Source of the DNA: the human T2T-CHM13v2.0 reference genome, Homo sapiens
Reading direction: 5' to 3'
Length of the DNA stretch: 64,000 nt
Assembly: GCA_009914755.4 (NCBI GenBank)
Contig: CP068257.2
Coordinates: 18,944,001-19,008,000 of the forward strand
This document shows positions 55,958 through 64,000 of this stretch, one piece after another. A program made the translations under genes and the position numbers. Numbering within the stretch: the first letter of the stretch is position 1; every line of letters starts with the position of its first letter. Under the pieces are notes generated by a model. The model made no database searches. It was not told the origin of the DNA and saw nothing but the letters and a program-made list of their open reading frames with translations.

Positions 55958-56330
55958 TGTCTTAGTCAGTTCAGGCTGCTAAAACAAAATATCATAAAAT
56001 GGATTTCTTCTAAACAAAAGACATTTACTTCTCACAGTTCTGGAAGCTGCAAGTCTGAGATCAGAGTGCCAGTATAGTCAGATTCTGGTGAAGAACCTAT
56101 TCTGGGTTCAAACTATCAACTTCTCCTTACATCCTCTTATGGTGGAGGGAGCGAGCCGACTCTCTTGGGTCTCTTTCACAGGGGCACTAATCCCATTTAT
56201 GAGGACTCCACACTCATGATCTGACCACCTCCTAAAGGCCTCACCTCCTAATACCATCATCATTGAGGTTAAGATTTCAACATATGAAATGTCAAAACAT
56301 GTTTTGGGGAGAACATAACTATGCTCTCCG
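55958..56330 (-). mobile_element. MaLR MLT1-type LTR, minus strand
   Basis: tgtcttagtcagttcaggctgctaaaacaaaatatcataaa.tgg.tttcttctaaacaaaagacatttacttctcacagttctggaagctg.aagtc..agatcagagtgccagta...ttctggtgaagaacctattctgggttca...tggtggagggagcgag...ggggcactaatcccatttatgagg.ctccac.ctcatgatctgaccacctcctaaaggcctcacctcctaataccatca. Matches the remembered MLT1 consensus as a reverse complement. Confidence 0.7.
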
Positions 56331-57810
56331 TAATATCTCCTGACTTCAGATAAATATTGCTGTCACAGAAGCACAGATACTCAGTCCCTCAAAACTTCAA
56401 CATTCAGCAATGGCCATGCTTTACAAAAAACTAGTTTTTGGAAAAGGGTGCATGCAAGGGTATTAAAGCTCCCTCTTCAATCTCCCAGAGGCTCAGACTC
56501 CAGGAGCCTCAGTTCAGGAAACCGCAGAGGCAGTTTCTTCAAAATTGCTTAATTTTTACATATTTGTAGATATCCCACATTTTCTCTCTGTTATTGATTT
56601 CTGATTTGATTTCATTGTGGTTGGGGAAGATACTTTGTATGATTTCAGTCCTCTTAATTTTACTGGGACTTATTTTATGACTTACTATATGTCCTATCAT
56701 GGAGAATAATCCATGTGTACCAGAGAAATAAATATTTTGAAATAAGTAGGGTTTCTAGGGTAAGCAGTTTCATAGGAAGACTCAGAGACAAAGCCTAAAA
56801 TACCAACTCTCAAGAGACCAGAGGACAGGAGTGCTGTGTCACTCAACAAAGCCACATCCACTGAAGACCAAGGACCAGGAGTACAGGGCTCCATGGGGAA
56901 GGGCAACTTAGAAAGTTTTGGATTTGCTGCAGATTTGTTGACTTTTCAAGAGGGCACTGATGTATTCGGTCCCTCTCTCTGAGAGAGAAGACACCCCCTC
57001 TCCTACTTGATAACTGAATGATGCCATAGTTACTACCTGATGTGCAGTTCCTTCAAATAGAGAGGAAGTACACTGGCCACAATCTCTGAACAACAGACAT
57101 AGAGGACTGGCTTACAGGGGAAGCTAAATTTTTCACTTTATCATGGAGCACTAAACCTCTGCTATTGTATTTGGCAACAGAAATGAGGATCAAGATTAAA
57201 CAATGAGTGCTGAGTCTCAATCCGTTTGGGGAACCTGCTATAGTAGCGGAGGTTTCGGTAATTTTTAAACGTAATGCATAAAGATTGATTCTGAGAAGAT
57301 ATTGTGTGTTGCACTCTTAAAGATACTAAAAAATGAAGCATGCTAAGCACTTAGTTTGAACCAACAGAACATCTGAACTAGGGAAGGAACCAGGGCCAAC
57401 AAGCTTTACTGGCTTTGGATGGCTCCATGGAAGACACAAAAGATTCTACAATTATTGAATTAACCACAAATCTACCAAGGCCGTGGCTACTATTTGGAAA
57501 GCAATTTCATGACAAGTGGAAACCAAGTGCTCTGACATTATGCTGGTTTCTGCAAAGGGAGATTGCCACATTCTGATGAATCATAGGTTGGTTATTAAAC
57601 CCAATGCATTAAAAAAGAAACCCTGGGGAATAATAAAAGATATCACCATTTCCATGGCTTCAAGTTGCCATTGCAGGGATTCCCATTAATAATTTTCATG
57701 ATCTCTTTCCTCACTTCCCCCTGCCCGAGGGTAATATCTTTGGCTCTACATCCACTAATTTCAGTAAGTTGAAAGTACAGTCACCTTACTGGTACCTAAA
57801 GCAATAGTGT

Positions 57811-57899
57811 TGTCACACTCAATTCTTAACTTCAATTCTTAACTCAATTCTTAACTCAATTCTTAACCAATCATGGTCACACTCAATTCTTAACTTCTA
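57811..57899. repeat. Small minisatellite: (c)aattcttaact 12-mer x ~6, within a 23-bp duplicated (t/g)gtcacactcaattcttaacttc
   Basis: caattcttaacttcaattcttaactcaattcttaactcaattcttaacc...ggtcacactcaattcttaacttc. Confidence 0.9.
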
Positions 57900-57943
57900 A
57901 ATTAATATTTTTAACCTCATTCTTTGAGCAACACAATATTAAA

Positions 57944-58552
57944 ATTACCATATGATCCAGCAATTTCACTTCTGGGTATATAACCAAAAGAATCGGAAGC
58001 AGGGACACAAACATATATTTGCATCTCATGTCATTGCACCAGCATTCACAATAGCCCAAAAGTGGACACAACCTAAGTGTCTCTCTATGGATACATGGAT
58101 AAACAAGACATGATACATATATGTAGAATAGAATAGAATATTATTCTGCCTTAAAATAGAAGGATAGGATTTTGGCACATGGTACAACATGGAAGAACCT
58201 AGTTCTAAGTGAACTTAGGGGTTAGGGAAAGAAGCAAGTCACAAAAGAACAAATACTTTATGATTTTATTCATATGATGTACTTAATATAGTCAAATTCA
58301 GAGAGCCAGAATGTAGAATGGTGGTTGCCAGGATCTGGACATGGGGAAGCAGGCAATGGGGAGTTATTGTTTAATGGGATAAAAGTTTCAGTTTTGGAAG
58401 ATGAAAAACATTCTGGAGGTGGATGGAGGTGATGATTGTACAGCAATATAAATCTACTTAATGCCCCTGAACCATACACTTGAAAATGATTAAAGTTATA
58501 AATTTCATTATGCGTATTTCACCAGAAAAGTTAATTTAAAAAATCTTATTGT
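57944..58552 (+). mobile_element. Old L1 (L1M/L1PB-like) 3' end: ORF2 C-terminus plus 3' UTR
   Basis: + translation ...PYDPAIPLLGIYPKE..., ...AFTIAQKWTQPKCLSMDTWINKT*YIYVE*NRILFCLKIEG..., then a 3'-UTR-like sequence ending ttaatttaaaaaatc. Confidence 0.7.
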
Positions 58553-59084
58553 ATAATGCTATTCTAGAATATTAATATTATGCTTGCAACACTGCTCTAA
58601 AATCATGTGTTTGAAGCTTCTGTTGCTAACTTCTGCATGTTCATCCAAGTGCAGTGGTTTTCTTAATAGATCTTTCACCGAAGATGCTTTTTGATGGGTA
58701 AGTCCTTGGGACTTTATTGTCTTTTTTTCTTAATCACAGCTACTTAAGCAAGGAAAAAATGAAATTTATTTGATTTGTGTGTTTATTTTCTGTAATCAGC
58801 ATAATCAAATAATTTGCACATTAAAATATTTCTGCTGAGTTAACTTCTTAAAGTACTTTCAAGTGTAAGTCTAGATGATTTACGCCTAAGTATAAATGAA
58901 ATAAATACGCTCCTTGGAAATTGTCTCGTGTTTTACTCTTCATACAAGTTTTACTTCAAAATATACATGTATTTCTCTGACCAGAATTGGGTTTCAACAA
59001 TAATAAAACCAATACAGTCAAATAAACTGCAGTGTCTTTCAAAACAAATCCACAGGTTAGGCAACTACCAAAAGATTAGTTTGG

Positions 59085-59404
<320 letters not shown>

Positions 59405-60382
59405 TTAATTTGATGAGAACAAAACTAAACCAAGAACATGTCAAATTAATTATTAATAAGAGTAGTAAATAAAATTTAGTTTTTTTAACCTCATGAAAGC
59501 TTTGAAGTGAACAAAGGAAGATGTTTGATAGAATGAAATGTTGCACACTCCAAAACCACATTATAACTTTATAAGCATTATTTCTGTGTCTGTATGTATT
59601 TATGTGTAATGGTGTATGTGTGTGTATCCATCCTTGAAATTTAATCCCAAGTTACAATCTTTCTTTTTTTTCTTTACAGCTGAAGAGCATTGACCAAGTT
59701 ATTATCTTCAACTCTCTCAAAGGGTGAAGAGAGAAAAGCAACACTGAGTCAACTGGCTGGTTTTTCATCCCTTTCTCTTCTTCAGTTGTGGGCTGGAGAG
59801 AGATGTAATTCCAGGACATTGGCCAGCCTTTTGTTATGTGGATACGCTTTACACAACTACAGTTTATCCATCAGAATGAAATACAGACAAAAGCTGAGGA
59901 AATCAGTCTTCTTAATAGATAGAAAGTGATCCTTTCTGCCTCCAAATAAAACTGAATTATAACATTCTTCGTATTTCTCTGGGTACACATCTGGTTTAAA
60001 AATTAGAAGTTAAATTTTAAAAGTAGGCAGAAGTTTGTATTTAGAGAAAGACATTTTAACTGTAATAGTGATCATTATTTTAATGCTTATAAAGTCCAAT
60101 CAAAGATAAATGTCAAACCATAACTGAATATATTGTGTGCTGTGTGAGAGATGAAATACATAGAGAAAATCCACTTTAAATGGTAAAAAAAAAGAAAAAA
60201 TATATTATGGCTTTTTTCTAGGGAATATTCTGTAAAGAGAATGGCAAAGCTGTGCATTGAAGAGCCAACTTCAAAAAGGTGAATAAATAGTGGAATATTT
60301 TTATTTGTTTTCTGCTTTTTTCAACCAATGTTTCACTGAGTATGATTAATAATACCATTTGCTACTAGTAGAAGACTGAATT

Positions 60383-60640
60383 GGTTGGGTGCATCTGTGG
60401 CTCATACCAGTGTAATCCTAGTGTTTTGGGAGGCCAAGACAGGAGGATTGCTTGAGGGCAGAAGTTTCAGACCAGCCTAGGCAACATAGTGAGACCTTGT
60501 CTCTACAAAAAACTAAAAAAAAAACAAGCTTGGAGTCTTGGCACAGGCATGTAATCCTTGCTTCTCCGGAGGCTAAGGTGGGAAGATTGCTTGATCCCAG
60601 GAGTTTGAGGCTGCAGTGAGCTGTGACCACACCACTGCAC
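60383..60640 (+). mobile_element. Old Alu (AluJ-like), + strand
   Basis: ggttgggtgcatctgtggctcataccagtgtaatcctagtgttttgggaggccaagacaggaggattgcttgagggcagaagtttcagaccagcctaggcaacatagtgagaccttgtctctacaaaaaac...; CpG-decayed. Confidence 0.85.
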
Positions 60641-60759
60641 TATTAAGCAAAGGTAATCAAAAAGTTTGAGAGTTTGCATATATCAAGAACTTTATGATAT
60701 CATATTTAATATTCATATTAGTATTCTAATATAGATAATATTATTTCCCTTTTCCAATG

Positions 60760-61044
60760 AACAACAACAGCAAACTAACACAAGAACAGAAAACCAAACA
60801 CCGCATGTTCTCACTCATAAGTGGGAGTCGAATGATGAGAACACATGGACACAGGGAGGGGAACATCACACCAGGGCCTGTTGGGGGTCGGGGGCAAGGG
60901 GAGGGATAGCATTAGGAGAAATACCTAATGTAGATGATGGGTTGATGGGTGCAGCAAACCACCATGGCACGTGTATACCTATGTAACAAACCTCCATAGT
61001 CCTGCACATGTACTCCAGAACTTAAAGTACAATAATAAAAAAAA
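60760..61044 (+). mobile_element. L1PA-type 3'-end fragment (~285 bp) with poly(A)
   Basis: gcaaactaacacaagaacagaaaaccaaacaccgcatgttctcactcataagtgggagtcgaatgatgagaacacatggacacagggaggggaacatcacacc...cctgcacatgtactccagaacttaaagtacaataataaaaaaaa. Confidence 0.9.
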
Positions 61045-63567
61045 GAGGCTCCATAATTTGCAAGAGGTATATAACTTAATATTCACACAAACTGCTGGCT
61101 TTATTTACTGGCTCTGATCCCCCTCCTGAAAGAATAAGGTTAAAAAAATGCTGTAGGATATGTATTTGATGAAGTAACGTTTGGCTACGATACTGAATTC
61201 AGCTGGGAAAAGGTACAGGAAAAATGTATGCGAAACTAAGAGATTTCAGAATACTGGTCAAAGGTCTCTGTTTGTTGAATTTTTGGTCTTAGCTAAATTG
61301 TGGCTAAGCAAGCAGTAATGCATGGGAGTTCAATTGAGGTTAAAAAGGACCATATGGGTCAATGCCGGGGAGCTTAAAGACAATTCCTTTGAGAACCTGT
61401 GTGACTAGGAACCTGGATTCACACAGTTAATAGAAAAACAGAACTTTGTAGGAATTTGTTGAGAAAAGTGAAATTAGATCATATGGGGACTGTGAAGTTA
61501 TGTAAATCAAAGGCACTGTCTGAGGGCTCTGCCATCTGCAGGTCATGTTGACCTTCCTGGCCAGGGGCTCTCATTATGTATATATGTTGTGAACAGGTTT
61601 TGAGCGTTCTGCTGGAAAAGGGTTTGAGGAAAACTAACTCCTCCCAATGTTTACAGTCATATGAGAGGCCGAAAAGTTGTAAAAGATGATGAAAGAAATA
61701 AATCTAGTAGGAAGGCAGAAGTTTTAAAAAGTCTCTGAAGAAATAGAAGAGAATCAAGGTCGTTGTCAGGATGTAAGATGTGGTAGAAAGAGGGACGTGG
61801 TGCCCAGATGCCTCTTCAAGGAAGATCTTGCTGCTCAGCTCTAAGGAGTGCAGTCAGAAGTATTTCCCCCTTCTATTACCTGGTGTTGGCTCTTATTAAA
61901 TGTCATTCATACCAAATTCTATCTCAGAATTTGCTTCTGGAAGATCCAATCTGAAAAATATAAAGTTGTTAAATCAAAGCCTGTGTTTCAAAAAAGGAAC
62001 AAAAAGAAAAGATAATATGTTTCCACTAGAGAGATGCAGTGTCTACATAGGCTCTAAAATGAAGGTCAATCTTGAAAAAATAATGAAATCTCCATTTGTG
62101 TATGAAGATCTCAGAAAACCTTTAGTCCTCATCAATGGAGAAAACAATGAAACTGGAAAGAGAAGACTAAATCTAGTCTTCTAGATTCTATCATTTGCTT
62201 AGTTAAATAAACTTGAGAAAGTCACTTGTTATCAGTGAGCCCCAATTTCTTATTTGGCAAAATAGTCCACTACATAGCTAATCAGAGTGCGTGCTTTCTT
62301 CTTCCTTTGGGCATTTATTATTGCTGCAATATCCTTTGTAAGTTGTACTAGAATATCCTAGCAACTAGAAGAAAGGATAAGTATACAATAAATAATTGAG
62401 ATGTATTATATACAAGATATGACTTTTTGAAGCACCTGATCAGTAACACTTCTGCTGTATTTCAGAAAAATAAAGCTGCTCCCCAAATTCCTTAATTTTA
62501 CATTTAATAATTTTGACATATTTTTGAAGAACTTCTTGTATAAATTAACTTTTTTTGGTAATTGAATTTAGGTCACTGGGACAGAATAGGATTCATTTAG
62601 AAAGCAAGAGAAAACATTCCTTACCTCCATGCAAATTTTTTGAAAATCCCATGAGAATTCTTCTTTTAAGTTATGTATGATGGGTCACTCACATTATGAT
62701 GATGCTTTCAAGCTTCATGAATAAAACTGACTATTCCTTGCTTTTCCCTTCCAGTGTATTAGGACTGCAATTACTTTTGCACCAACCTAATACATGAGCA
62801 TTTTTATATGTTTCTCTCAGATAGACTATGAAACCCCCAAAACAATGACTACTTGGGCTCTGTATCCCCAGAAGTTTCCAAGTGTTTGATGTATACTAAA
62901 GACAAAAAATATATATAATAATAAACTGGTTATGAGTGACTTAGGTATATACTGCAATAAACATGTTCAAATTGTTCTTAGCTGAGTTACTTATTTTCTA
63001 AGATGGCAAGAGAGAATGGAGGATTATTCTCTGTTCTTACACTAACCATAAAATGATCATGAGTAGTTTAGACCAGTAACAACGGTTCATTACATATTTG
63101 TGCAAATACTGTATTCTACTTCTACCACATTCCCACAGTGTGATCTTGTAAAACCTTTATGAACTTCAAGGACTTTGACATTGCAATGAGTGTAGTAACT
63201 CCTACCTAAAAATGTAGTTTTAAAGAATAAATAAGATAACGAATGCAAAGTCTTAATGTGGTATCTGGCTACTGTTAGTATACCACAGCAATTTTTTTTT
63301 CTTACTATCCATGGCCCAAAAAGAGCTGCCTCATGTGGTGAGTTTCCTCCAAAGTATTAGAAGATAGTATAGCTACCAATATCGCTTTATTGATCAAATC
63401 TTGGATTTGAGATTGTAACTCTTAAATAAAGAGTTCATTCAGGCTCTCAGAATCAGGCAACGTATTAATATTATGATGTTTGTCACATCATGGGAGCTAG
63501 AATATGGACTTCTGCACAATTCATGCACCCATTTTCTTATTAAGACTCATAAAATAAAAAGAAGTAT

Positions 63568-64000
63568 ATAGCCTAATGTAATATTGATGGTGGTGGCAGC
63601 CCATCTGTAGCAGCTGCTGCCATAATGCCTGCTGCAGTGAGGGAGGTTTGGCCAGGGCTGTCTACTCTGTGGAGCCTGTGGGAGCCAGGAACAGGCAGGA
63701 GCCATGCCACCTTCTGAGTTAAAGGGGCAGGATCCCTGCCCTCCTGGGAGCAGCCATAGCTGCCCAGCTGCAGCTGCAGACCCAGGCATTCTTGTGGTCT
63801 CCGGGGCCCAGGAAGTTCCCTTGCCCCCAGTCTCGGAAGTGCCTGCTCCTGTTGCCTGGCCTCTCCCTGCACCTGGTGTCCACTCCAGTTTTGGAGCAAA
63901 GTGGTGGCCGAGCCCAGGCACTGTTGCTACCTGGTCGGTGTATACTCACTTGGGGCAGTGCTAACTCTCCAGCCCCCTGCTGCCTCAGACCCTTCTCAAC
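63568..64000. repeat. GC-rich but CpG-depleted block running off the window end; probably an old LTR/ERV-derived repeat (unclassified)
   Basis: Abrupt switch from AT-rich to ~60% GC at 63568 (tgtaatattgatggtggtggcagccc...). Only ~4 CpGs (ccggggcc, ctcggaag, ggccgagcc, ggtcggtg). Overlapping ORFs on both strands are expected from the base composition. Confidence 0.3.

Noticed and set aside
56560-57800. Run of minus-strand ORFs (61-69 aa) with a few retained CpGs, suggesting a degraded gene or ERV internal region
   Set aside because: No recognisable protein similarity, and there are frequent stops between the ORFs. I could not assign a family. Left unannotated rather than over-called.
59690-59929. 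79-aa ORF (MTKLLSSTLSKGEERKATLSQLAGFSSLSLLQLW...)
   Set aside because: The frame is closed by a TGA immediately after the only plausible splice acceptor, the peptide is low-complexity, and an ORF of this length is expected by chance in 64 kb. The adjacent short frame ending …NSLKG* is kept only as a weak terminal-exon candidate.
63547-63964. Overlapping 76-124-aa ORFs on both strands in the terminal GC-rich block
   Set aside because: Openness on both strands is what GC-rich, stop-poor sequence produces. CpG depletion argues against a coding exon or CpG island.

Overview
This 64-kb window reads as ordinary primate genomic DNA, almost certainly human or another catarrhine, since young AluY copies are present. 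It is AT-rich, gene-poor and dominated by interspersed repeats. I found no prokaryotic-type system, no CRISPR array, no rRNA or tRNA gene, and no convincing protein-coding gene. Everything below was identified by eye against remembered consensus sequences, so subfamily names and boundaries are approximate.

Recognisable content:
- About 13 Alu elements, from old AluJ-type to young AluY. Two have clear target-site duplications (TSDs).
- Several L1 fragments.
- One Tigger1 DNA transposon (22488-31305) carrying a nested 5.8-kb older L1 and two Alus.
- Two THE1/MST-class MaLR (ERVL-MaLR) elements in opposite orientation, plus an extra solo LTR.
- An LTR12 (HERV9 LTR) fragment split by an AluY, an MLT1-type LTR, and other LTR-like pieces.
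- A short U2 snRNA pseudogene fragment.

The most unusual feature is a 2.9-kb hairpin-forming compound mini/microsatellite (4161-7086). It contains an internally inverted block bounded by a perfect palindrome and is flanked by short inverted-repeat arms. Other points worth checking are a 530-bp CpG-retaining segment of unknown identity (35400-35935), a dispersed 190-bp duplication, and two weak exon candidates with canonical splice or poly(A) signals.
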